A stretch of 64,000 nucleotides of DNA from Eledone cirrhosa (GCA_964016885.1 OZ024741.1:19158001-19222000); one strand, 5' to 3'; counted from the stretch's first letter, positions 1-11,442 are shown. The notes: generated by a model from the letters alone, not told the origin. Made by a program: numbers and translations.

Positions 1-140
1 TCACCTGTACAACACAACATATCTATACCGGTTTACTGCTATATCAGCTAGCTACATGCTGCCGCCTACTACTTGACATTTTTCCTTTATGGAAGAAACC
101 CATGTAAATAAAGGATTTGTGCACAACACTGAGGCTTTAC

Positions 141-470
141 TGAACACAATACACATTTGTGAACACAATAGTCATTTGTGAACACAATACACATTTGTGA
201 ACACAATAGTCATTTGTGAACACAATACACATTTGTGAACACAATAGTCATTTGTGAACACAATACACATTTGTGAACACAATACACATTTGTGAACACA
301 ATAGTCATTTGTGAACACAATACACATTTGTGAACACAATAGTCATTTGTGAACACAATACACATTTGTGAACACAATACACATTTGTGAACACAAGACA
401 CATTTGTGAACACAATACACATTTGTGAACACAATACACATTTGTGAACACAATACTCATTTGTGAACAG
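141..470. repeat. 19-bp minisatellite (gaacacaata[ca/gt]catttgt), ~17 copies
   Basis: Direct tandem repeat seen in the sequence. Confidence 0.9.
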
Positions 471-866
471 TATACAAACATGCTTCATAGTTGTGTCACA
501 TATCTGTGTGTCTCAGCTATGTCACAAACTTGTATCTCATAGCTGTGTCACACACGTGCACCCCATACCTGTGCCTCATACACCTGTATCCCACACCTGT
601 GTTACATGTCCCTGTCACACTAGTACAGTAACATATTTTCAGAAAAGCTTTTTTTCTGGTTTAAAATAATTGTATAACAATCAAGTGTATTTCTATATGT
701 ACATTATAAACGTGTGTGTGTGTGTGAAAGTCCTGTTTTATGTTAAAAGCAAAAGACAAACCCTCACACACATACACACACTATATGAATGTATACTTAT
801 ATACATATACAGCTATATATACCTTCTTAAATACTTGTATGCATAAGTACATCCATATATGTATGT

Positions 867-924
<58 letters not shown>

Positions 925-1644
925 TGATTACACCAGAGTATATTGATTGCAGTGATGCAAGTGCAACACAGGCAATTAATTAAAAATTGAAAGATGAGAA
1001 CTATATATATATATATATATATATATATCTAATCCGCTTCAACATTTGCGAGTAGGAGAAGCATGTCTCACTCATATAGGGTGTATACATACATACATAT
1101 ATATGTATGTATATATATATATATATACATCATAATGAGAGATCGATATAACATTTATTTTGTTGTATTTTCAATATAACATTTATTCTGTTTCATCAAT
1201 ATCACAATTATAATAACATGACTGGAGTTTTACTGCTTCAAAATGAGTGTGTGCATGTGTGTATAACTGTCTGTGTGTGTGTATAATTGTATGTGTATAG
1301 CTGTGTATGTGTACAACTCATCAATTCTTGTTTATTAATTATTGTTTGGTTTTCTGTTATTTTGTTAATTGATATATTTACATGTTTCTATTTTAATTAA
1401 CATATTTACTTTAATTAATTTATCTGTTATGTTTATATTTTGTTATTTTATTTGAAATATTTTTTACTTGTGCTTGAAATGTGAAGAAGAATCTGCAACT
1501 TCTTCACTAGATTTCCTTCTTGTGATAATCTGCAATTTTATTCTGTGTGTATATATGTGTCCAACCCATGCAAGCATGGAAAAGTGGGTGTAAAAATTAT
1601 GATGATATATATATATGTATATAGTAATGATAAACACAAATAAT

Positions 1645-1677
<33 letters not shown>

Positions 1678-1680
<3 letters not shown>

Positions 1681-1841
1681 TCATCATCGTTTAACGTCCA
1701 TCTTCCACGCTTGCATGGGTTTGAACGGGAGTTTACCGACTTGAGGCAAGAGTGGTTGTCTTGCTCGCATAGGACTGTCTGGCGGGTTTTCTACGGCTGG
1801 ATGCCCTTCCTAACACCAACCACGTTTACAGTGTGGACTGG
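1678..1841 (-). mobile_element. RTE LINE family B 3' tail fragment
   Basis: Reverse complement of the tail at 3660-3825, with a (TCA)n tail, inserted in (TA)n. Confidence 0.75.
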
Positions 1842-1860
1842 GATATATATATATATATAT

Positions 1861-2197
1861 GGAGGCACATGGCTTAGTGGTTAGGGCATTGGCCTTGCAA
1901 TCGATAGGTTGTGAGTTCAATTCTCAGACCGGGTGATGTGTTGTTTCCTTGAGCAAGACACTTTATTTCACATTGCTCCAGTTTACTCAGCTGTAGAAAT
2001 GAGATGGTAGGGACTGGGGTCCATATCATTCCACTGAAAAGTGGTCGTGGAGGTGCCACGGAAAAAAAGCACCCAGCACTCACTGTAAATGAGGTTGGTG
2101 TTAGGAAGGGCATCCAGCTGTAGAAATCAAGCCAGAATCAGTTCCCGTCCCACCCTTGCAAGCAAGGAAAAGCGGACGTAAAATGATGATGATGATG
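1861..2197 (+). mobile_element. tRNA-derived SINE (family 1) with an RTE-LINE-derived 3' tail
   Basis: A box tggcttagtgg and B box gagttcaattc, then a central ccttgagcaagacacttt...ctcagctgtagaaatgag. The 3' ~160 nt match the LINE 3' UTR and end in (GAT)n. Flanked by (TA)n. Confidence 0.85.
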
Positions 2198-2551
2198 ATA
2201 TATATATATATATATATATGTGTATGTATGTATGTGTGTCTGTGTATACATATATGTATATGTGTATATATATATATGTGTATATATGTGTGTATATACA
2301 TATATGTATATGTGTGTATATATATGTGTGTGTATATACATATATGTATATGTGTATATATATATATGTGTGTATATACATTTATGTATATGTGTATATA
2401 TATATATATGTGTATATACATTTATGTATATGTGTATATATATATATGTGTGTATATACATTTATGTACATGTGTGTATATACATATATATGTGTGTATA
2501 TATATATGTGTGTATATATATGTGTATATATACATATATATATATATATAT
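2198..2551. repeat. Compound (TA)n/(TG)n microsatellite with higher-order repetition
   Basis: Seen directly in the sequence. Confidence 0.9.
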
Positions 2552-2913
2552 GATAAAAGTGGACCTCGCCCAATTGCACCTCTCAACGGTGATGACACAC
2601 GACCGTGACCTCCGGGCTCACGCAGTAATACAGAAGACCCGACCTCCTACGGGAACAAGCTGAAGCATATAGACAATATGCCCCCACACCCTCCCACTGC
2701 AAAGTGGACGTCTAAGCGCCACGGCAAAAAAGCACCCAGCACTCACTGTAAATGAGGTTGGTGTTAGGAAGGGCATCCAGCTGTAGAAATCAAGCCAGAA
2801 TCAGTTCCCATATGCACAAGACAAGGTCAGCCACCGGACACTGCCCACAACAGGACAACCCGTCCAACCCATGCTAGCGTGGAAGAATAGACGTAAAACG
2901 GTGATGATGATGA
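2552..2913 (+). mobile_element. RTE LINE family A 3' fragment
   Basis: Encodes the ORF end [11 protein letters not shown]...RPPTGTS*, as at 6160-6269, plus the 3' UTR and (GAT)n tail. Confidence 0.85.
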
Positions 2914-3188
2914 TATATATATGAATATATGTATGTATGTAAAAGGTAAACAGAAATAACAACACAATCGGTACAGTATATGGAAGGTATATATTAAGTT
3001 AACACTTGATATAGCAGAAAGAAGGTCTTAACGTTTCGGATGCTAGTCCTTCATAAGAAGAAAGAATGAGAAATAAGATAGATTTAGGTGATGGGTCGGA
3101 TGGAATTGGAAAAAATGTCTTTAGATAAAAATAACAGGTCCTTTCATGTTGACATCTCTTGCAATACTGTTGGTGCTGGCGTTTTGTG

Positions 3189-3271
<83 letters not shown>

Positions 3272-3275
<4 letters not shown>

Positions 3276-3825
3276 GTGCAGGGCGATAAAAATAGACGGT
3301 AACCACGGAGTAGGCAGACCCAGAAAAACCTGGGACCACTTGATAAATTCAGACCTCACACACGTACACCTCTCCAAGACAATATCACTGGACCGAGATC
3401 TTTGGCGCTACACAGTAATACAGAAGACCCACCTTGCCTAAGTACAAAGCGAAACCTACAGTCAGTAGGCACCTCTAACAAAAATACACCCCCGTCCCAC
3501 TACCCCCACCCCATCCACTCCACGCCTTCCAGTGTAAAGTTATGTTGGTACCACAACATCCAGTCCGAAACAAATGAGGTTGTGTAGGTGTCACGACAAA
3601 AAAACACACTGTCCACGCTGTAATGTGGCCGTGTAGGTAACACGGTAAAAACCTCCCAGTCCACACTGTAAACGTGGTTGGTGTTAGGAAGGGCATCCAG
3701 CCGTAGAAAACCCGCCAGACAGTCCTATACGAGCAAGACAACCAATCTTGCCTCAAGTGGGAAAATTCCTGTCCAAACCCTTGCTAGCGTGGAAGATGGA
3801 CGTTAAACGATGATGATGATGATGA
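3272..3825 (+). mobile_element. RTE LINE family B 3' fragment
   Basis: Encodes [20 protein letters not shown]...KTHLA*, plus the 3' UTR and (GAT)n tail. Confidence 0.85.
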
Positions 3826-3849
3826 TATATGTATTATATATGTATATAT

Positions 3850-6562
3850 CAAAAAACCCGACAACCACCTATAGATCAGGGGAGCATTCTAGTCAGATAG
3901 ATTTTATCCTCATCAGAGGATGTGACAGAAGGACGGTCGTAAACACAAAAGCCTTCCCTAGTGAGGAATGTACCTCCCAACATAGCTTACTTGTCAGCGA
4001 CCTCACAGTCAGAACTAGACGAACCTGGAAACAGAGGCCAACCTGGAGAAGAAAGATCTGGAAGCTGAAAGACCCCTCAGCCAGTAACAGATTTAAAGAT
4101 ATTTTACTCAACGCCTACGACAGTAAAGAAGAACAGATAGAGACATTCGATGTAGAAGAGCACTGGGAGTTCCTAAAAAATAACTTACTAGAGGCGACAG
4201 ATGAGGTCTGTGGCTGGAGTAAGACCACAAGCAGGAGGAGAGTGACTTGGTGGTGGAACAATAAGGTAGATGAGGCAGTTAAGGCCAAGAGACAGGCATG
4301 GAAAGAATGGAAGAACGGGGGGAGCAGGGTACATTACATAGAGACCAAGAGGGAAGCTAGGCGACAAGTATACTTAGCTAGGAGGGAAGTAGAGGATAGA
4401 AAATTCAAGGATGTTTTGCAACGTGAGGACCAGAAACAGGAAGTGTTCAAGATTGCGAGGCAGTGTGTCAGAGAGAATTGTGATGTCATTGGAGAGAAGT
4501 GTATCCGGAATGATAAAGGTGAGCTTGCCCTCACAAGTGCTGAGAAGAAAGATGCATGGAAGAGTCATTATGATAGATTACTAAATGAGGAGAATGCATG
4601 GGAAGACTAGACCCTACCCCAAGTAGACCCTATAGAGGGGCCAGCAGTACAAGTCAGCAGCAGCGTAGTAAGTAAGGCAATCAAAGATATGAAGATAGGG
4701 AAGGCAACTGGTCCATCAGGTATAGCTGCCGAGATGCTGAATGCATCTGGGTCTGTAGGTCACACTATAACCACACGTATTGTTAACCAGGTAATACTAG
4801 AAGGTGTCATACCAAAAGGGGATGCACTTGATAGAGGAAACTATAGAGGTATAAAGCTGATGGACCAGGTCATGAAAGTAACAGAAAGAGTTATAGCACA
4901 GTTGATTAGGGACCAGGTGAAACTAGATGAGATGCAATTTGGGTTTGTACCAGGAAGAGGCACCACTGATGCCCTCTTCCTTGTGAGGCAGTTACAGGAA
5001 AAGTACCTAGCTAAAAGTAAGCCACTCTACCTGGCATTCGTCGATCTTGAGAAAGCCTTTGACAGAGTTCCACGTGCTGTAATCTGGTGGGCTCTTAGAA
5101 AACTAGGAGTAGATGAATGACTTGTGAAAGCTGTACAAGCCATGTATAGGGGAGCAGTCAGCAAAGTTAGGATTAGCAATGAGTATAGCGAGGAATTTAG
5201 CGTACAGGTTGGTGTCCACCAGGGCTCTGTTCTGAGCCCTCTCCTGTTCATCATAGTCCTGCAGGCAATAATGGAGGAGTTTAAGACCGGATGCCCATGG
5301 GAACTCCTGTATGCTGATGACCTCGCACTTATAGCTGAATCTATGGTAGAACTAGAGAAGAAATTCCAAACTTGGAAGCAGGGACTAGAAAGAAAAGGTC
5401 TCAAAGTCAACGTGACAAAGACTAAGGTCCTTGTAAGTAGACGAGAAAACAGAATCCAGATCCCCTCAGGGAAATGGCCTTGCTCAGTATGTAGGAAAGG
5501 TGTAGGTAGGAACTCCATTCTCTGCCCCAAATGCAAACAATGGGTACACAAGAGATGTAGCGGCATCTCAGGAAGCTTAATTAAGAATGTAGGCTTCACA
5601 TGCAGCAGCTGTACTGGGACAGCAAGCAGCAAACAGCCACAGGAAACAAGTACCACCAATCTCCGGGAGGGCTCTGTAGAGACAGTAGACAGCTTCTGCT
5701 ACCTAGGTGACCGAATTAGCAGTGGAGGTGGGTGTTCAGAAAGTACAATAACTAGGGTAAGAACGGGATGGAAGAAGTTCAGGGAACTACTACCACTGCT
5801 AGCTGCAAAAGGCTTCTCCCTCAAAATGAAAGGCAGACTGTATGATGCGTGTATCCGAACAGCAATGTTACATGGTAGTGAGACCTGGGCGCTGAAGGTG
5901 GAAGACTTACGTAGATTAGAGAGAAACGAAGCCTGCATGCTCCGATGGATGTGTAATAGTAATATACGCGAACGACAAAGTGAATTGAGAGAGAGACTGA
6001 GCATAAGAGGAATCAAATGCTGTGTGCAGGAGAGGCAGATGCGTTGGTATGGACATGTGATGTGTATGAAGGATGACAACTGCATAAAAAGGTGCAGAAC
6101 ACTAGAAGTCGATGGAAACCGCGGAGTGTGGAGACCCAAGATGACCTGGGATGAGGTGATAAAAGCCAACCTTACCCAATTAAACCTCTCAAAGGCGATG
6201 ACACACGACCGTGACCTCTGGCGTCACGAAGTAATACAGAGTACCCGACCTCCCATGGGTACAAGCTGAAGCATATAGACAATATGCCCCCACACCCTCC
6301 CACTGCAAGGTGGTCGTGGAGGTGCCACCGCAAAAAAGCACCCAGCCCACACTGTACAGTGGATGTGTAGGGGCCACGGAAAAGCACCCAGCACTCACTG
6401 TAAAGGTTGGTGTTAGGAAGGGCATCCAGCTGTAGAAATCAAGCCAAATCAGTTCCTGTATGAGCAAGGCATGGTCAGCCGACCAGACACTGCCCACAAC
6501 AGGACAACCCGTCTAACCCATGCTAGCGTGGAAGAACGGACGTAAAAACGGTGATGATGATG
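3850..6562 (+). mobile_element. 5'-truncated, inactivated RTE-clade non-LTR retrotransposon (family A): end of AP endonuclease, reverse transcriptase, PHD-like finger, 3' UTR
   Basis: Motifs SQIDFIL...SQHSLL (APE C-terminus), NYRGIKL, QFGF, FVDLEKAFD, GVHQGSVLSP, YADD and GRP-like WRPKMTW. In-frame stops at 4608-4610 and 5118-5120 and an apparent deletion near 4812. Ends in a (GAT)n tail. Confidence 0.93.
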
Positions 6563-6629
6563 ATATATATATATGTATGTATATATATGCATGTATGTAT
6601 ATATATGTATATATATATGTATGTATATG

Positions 6630-6660
<31 letters not shown>

Positions 6661-6704
6661 GTATGTGTATGTATGTATGTATGTATGTATTTATATGTAT
6701 GTAT

Positions 6705-7930
6705 ATCATCATCATCATCATCATCAACGTTTAACGTCCGTGTTCCACGCTTGCATGGGTTTGGACGGGGGTTTTCCCACTTGAGGCAAGAGTGATTGTC
6801 TTGCTCGCATAGGACTGTCTTGCAGGTTTTCTACAGTTGGATGCCCTTCCTAACACCAACCACATTTACAGTGTGGGTCTGGGAGGTTTTTACCGTGTTG
6901 CCTACACGGCCACATTACAGCGTGGACTGTGTGTTTTTTGTCATGACACCTACACGATCTCATTTGTTTCGGCCTGGATGGTGTGGCACCAACATAACTT
7001 TACATAGAAGGGGGTGGTGTGGATGGGGTGGGGGTGGTGGGACGGGGGTGTATTTTGTTAGAGATGCCTACTGACTGTAGTAGGTTTTACTATGTATTTA
7101 GGTAAGGCGGGTCTTCTCTATTACTGAGTACCGCCAAAGGTCTCGGTCCAGTGACATTGTCTTGGAGAGGTGTAAGTGTGTGAGGTCGGAGTTTATCAGC
7201 TCGTCCCAGGTTTTTCTAGGTCTGCCTATTCCGTGGCTACCGTCTATCTTTATTGCCCTGCACTTTGTTATACAGCTATCGTCTTTCATGCGCATCACGT
7301 GACCATACCAACGTAGCCTTCTCTCGAGTAAACAACATCTGATCCCTCTTATTTCTAATTTTTTCCTTAGTTCGTTTATGCTTTGCCTTTCACGTATATT
7401 ACTATTACACATCCAGCGGAGCATGCAAGCTTCGTTCCTCTCTAGTCTGCGTATATCCTCTGCACACAATGCCCAGGTCTCACTGCCATGCAACATTGCT
7501 GTTTGTATGCAGGCATCATACAGCCTGCCTTTCGTTTTTAGGGAGAACCCTTTAGCGGCTAATAGTGGTATAAGCTCTCTGAACTTTTTCCATCCAGTTC
7601 TGACTCTAGCTACTGTACTTTCAGAGCACCCTCCCCCACTGCTGATTTTGTCACCCAGGTAACGGAAGCTGTCCACTATTTCTATAGAACCATCTGCGCA
7701 GTTGAAAGAGCTAGTATTTTTGTGGGCACTTGCTGCTACTTATTGCACCAGAGCACCGGCCACATGTGAAATCTATGTTCTTAGTTAGCTTACCTGTGAT
7801 CCCACTACATCTTTTATGCACCCATACTTTGCATTTCTGACACAAAATGGAGTTTCTACCTACGCCTTTCCTACACACTGAGCATGGCCACTTCCCGGAA
7901 GGGACCGCCGCCTTATTTTCTTTCCTACAA
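6705..7930 (-). mobile_element. RTE LINE family B, 5'-truncated (PHD-like finger, RT C-terminus, 3' UTR)
   Basis: ORF 7098-7676 (DSFRYLGD...RLRWYGHV...GRPRKTW) is homologous to 5690-6240. (TCA)n tail at 6705-6726. Confidence 0.92.
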
Positions 7931-8144
7931 ACTATATGTATGTATATGTATATATGTATGTATTTATATGTATGTGTATGTATGTATGTATGTATTTATA
8001 TGTATGTATATATATGTATGTATATGTATATATGTATAAATATAGGTATATATGTATATATATATGTTTAAAACAAAGAACAAACACAATAATGTAGAGT
8101 GCAGTACATCGTTAGTATTAGGTTCACGCTTGAATGTGGGGGTG

Positions 8145-8182
8145 GGGCACGACGTTTCGGGCTTAAACCCTTCATCACAAGA
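8145..8182 (-). ncRNA. Minimal Penelope-type hammerhead-like motif (variant core)
   Basis: The minus strand reads gUGAUGA-A-ggg-uuuaag-ccc-GAAAC-GUC. Confidence 0.5.
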
Positions 8183-8614
8183 AAAGTGGGAAGGAAAAGA
8201 GTTCCGAGAGTGTGAGGGGGAGCGATGCAAAGACATTAAAGGGGGGGGGGGGGTTAAGGGGAAGGAAAAAAAATTTAAATGAAAACAAGTGGTGAAAGGG
8301 TGTGAGGCGTGTGGTGGTGGTTGGAAAAGAAGTTGAAATGCAATCGGTGTCTTTAAGAAGGTTTATTTACTATAACTTATAACTTCACTGGTTTCACAAG
8401 TTTCATTATTTTCATGCATGTTATATGACAGTATAACCACACATTTCCCCATCTCTCTTAACTTTTGAAAATCACGAGACTTGTGAAACTGGTAAAGATA
8501 TAAGTTATTGTAAATAAATCTTCTGAAAGACTCAAATAGCATTCGCAACTTCTTTTTCCAAAATGTTAACCTCTGTGGGATATATTAAAAAAAAACCTTA
8601 CTTTCAAATTTATA

Positions 8615-8895
8615 TCATCATCATTTATTGTCCATTTTTCCATGTTAGCATGGGTTAGACGAGTTGTCGCATTGTGAGACAAGCCAGATCATGTGACTGT
8701 ATCTTGCTCTCATAGAACTGTTTCTGGCTTAGTTTCTATGGCTGGATGCCCTTCCTAATGCTAACCACATTTGCAGTGTATGCTGGGTGCTTTTTGTTGT
8801 GACACCAAAATTACCACTTTACAGTGTGGGTTGGGTGCTTTTTGTCATGACACCAAAATTACCACTTTACTGTGTGGGCTGTGTGCTTGGGTGGG
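8615..8895 (-). mobile_element. Degenerate RTE/SINE 3' tail fragment
   Basis: catcatcat...ccatgttagcatgggttagac...ggctggatgcccttcctaatg, the same tail motif as in the LINEs. Confidence 0.65.
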
Positions 8896-9080
8896 ATATA
8901 TATATATATATTCTTTGTATCTTGCTTTAATATCTATCTGCCATTGTTTTCAGAGAGCAAAGTAGTGGTGTAGTGATACCATAGTGGTGTTGTGGTGCTA
9001 TAGAAGTGTTGTGGTACCATAGTGGTACTATAGAAGTTCCTGTTGATAATCTTTTGTATTTCTATTGTCTTATTATACAG

Positions 9081-9201
9081 GTTATTGGAAGACCAATTAC
9101 AAGAAACTGAGAAAAAATCCAAACACACAGAACAAGATCTCCGTCAACAGATTGAAGAACTTACCAAAGAGAATGACCGTCAAAAACAGGTCATCAGCCA
9201 G
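9081..9201 (+). CDS. MYO5: Myosin V exon (coiled coil: [13 protein letters not shown]...[14 protein letters not shown])
   Basis: Acceptor ttatacAG, donor cag|GTcaga, phase 2 to 0. Resembles the vertebrate MYO5A segment NRLLESQLQ...ENNRQQQLLAQ. Confidence 0.9.
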
Positions 9202-11408
9202 GTCAGAGGTCACTTTATTCATTTCCTTTTTTCGTTTTGTTTGGAAGGGCAAATATATGTGTTAATGTGTGTGTGTGTGTGTATATATATACACACACAT
9301 ATAAAATGTATAAAAGTCTCAGTGGATGGGACTTGCAAAAAGTGTTAGACATCGGAAAACACGGGATGAATTAGTGAAGACATATATATATATATATATT
9401 TGTAGTAAGGCTGATTGGATGCATCCATAGGCGGTATGCCGGTTGAGCACTCTATGCTCCTTCGGAGCAGAGTATAATAATATGGAAAATGAAGAATCAG
9501 TGATGCATCGGAACACAATTTAGACAGAAGATTTGCTTCGAAGTCACTAGACGTATCCACAAACAGATCGCACCTCAAGCTGTTTGCCGGAGAAACAATT
9601 GTAATACGTTAATAAATTGTGTTCCGATGCATCACTGATTCTTCATTTTCCATATTCATCATCATCATTATCATTACTTTACGTCCGCTTTTCCCTGCTT
9701 GCAAGGGTGGGACGGGATCTGATTCTGGCTTGATTTCTACAGCTGGATGCCCTTCCTAACACCAACCTCATTTACAGTGAGTGCTGGGTGCTTTTTTTGC
9801 CGTGACACCTCCACGACCACTTTGCAGTGGAATGATAGGGACCCCAGTCCCTATCATCTCATTTCTACAGCTGAGTTAACTGGAGCAATGTGAAATAAAG
9901 TGTCTTGCTCAAGGAAACAACACAGCACCCGGTCTGAGAATTGAACTCACAACCTTTTGGTTGCAAGGCCAATGCTCTAACCACTAAGCCATGTGCCTCC
10001 ATTATATATATAATGGTTCATTAGTTTACACTCAAGCTAATATTTGGGTCCAGTTGTCAATGTGGAATTCTACGTTTAGTATATCACATTAGTTGGTGTC
10101 CTTAAGAGAAGAGTGTTAATAATAATTTTAATAAGAGGCAGGAATGAAGTATGAATATGACATTATATTTATCTACACGTGACGCATGTTTCACAATCGA
10201 TCAGTTCAAGGTATGATCAGTAGTGATCAGGCCTGCCTTTGGAATCGATAGCTCATCAGATTTGTAGATTCCCTCCATATTCCTGGCCTTGTGCCAAAAG
10301 TAGAAACTGTTATTATTGTCATCTGGCAGTATCGTTAGAGCATCTGACAACGTTTTGGGGCATAAAGTTACAGCCCTTTATATTCTGAGTTCAAATCCCA
10401 CCAATGTTAATTTCGCCTTTCATCCTGACGGGGTCGATAAAATAAAATACCAGTAATACACTGGAGTCAGTTTAATCAACTTTCCCCTCGTCCCAAATTG
10501 TTGGCCATGTACCAAAATCACAAACCATTATTTATGTAGAGTGGCAGAATCAGTAGAGCGTCGAACAAAATTGTTTGTGGCATTTACTTCTGACTTTCTG
10601 TTCTGAGTTCAAATCCTGCTGAGGTTAGCTTTACCTTTTGAGGTCGATAAAATAAAGTACCAGTAATGTACTGGGGTTGATATAATCAACTTTCCCACAA
10701 TTGCTGGCCTTGTGCCTAAATTAGAAACCATTGTTGTTGTTATTATTGTTAGGGTGGTGGATTGGCAGTATCGGTAGAGCGTCGAGCAATATGCTTTGTA
10801 ACATAGAGTTACGGCACTTTACCGTCTGAGTTCAAATCCTGCCAAGGTTAGCTTTGCTTTTTATCCTTACAGGGTCAATAAAATAAAGCACCAGTAATGC
10901 TATGGGGTTGATTTAATCAAATTTCCCCTCACCGAAAATTGCTGGCCTTGTACCTATATTAGAAATCATTGAAGATATGCTAACTGCTTTCCAAGATGAA
11001 TGTATAACTTCTAATATTATTGGTTTCTGATTTAGGCACAAGGCCAACAATGTTTTGGGGGATGGGAAAATCAATGAAATCAACCCCAGTACCTTACTGG
11101 TACTTTATCGACCCAGGATGAATTACTTTAAGAACACTAACTAACTCATTAAAAAAATTGAAACATTTTCCCCGGCTTGTGATGATATCCCGCCGAGGTT
11201 AACTTTGCCTTTCATCCTTACGGGGTCGATAAAATAAAATACCAGTAATGTACTGGGTAATTGCTGGCCTTGTGCCAAAAGTAGAAACAATTATTATTGT
11301 TGTTGTTGTTGCTGTTGTTCGTCGTGCTGTATTGAATAATGTGCAATGTTTAATTTCAGCTTAATTCAATTGCCACAGTATGTATACCACCTCCACCCTC
11401 TCTCTCTG

Positions 11409-11442
<34 letters not shown>

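Noticed and set aside
1861-1935. Possible tRNA gene
   Set aside because: It has A/B boxes but no proper acceptor stem or cloverleaf, and it continues into SINE body and LINE tail.
5027-6169. Antisense ORFs of 210 and 156 aa
   Set aside because: Shadows of the RT coding strand.
3810-6269. Active retrotransposon or domesticated RT gene
   Set aside because: 5'-truncated, with two in-frame stops and internal deletions.
1-9080. Additional myosin V exon upstream of 9081
   Set aside because: I found no segment with splice sites, a phase-2 end and myosin-like coding. The preceding exon is presumably outside the window, though very small exons could be missed.
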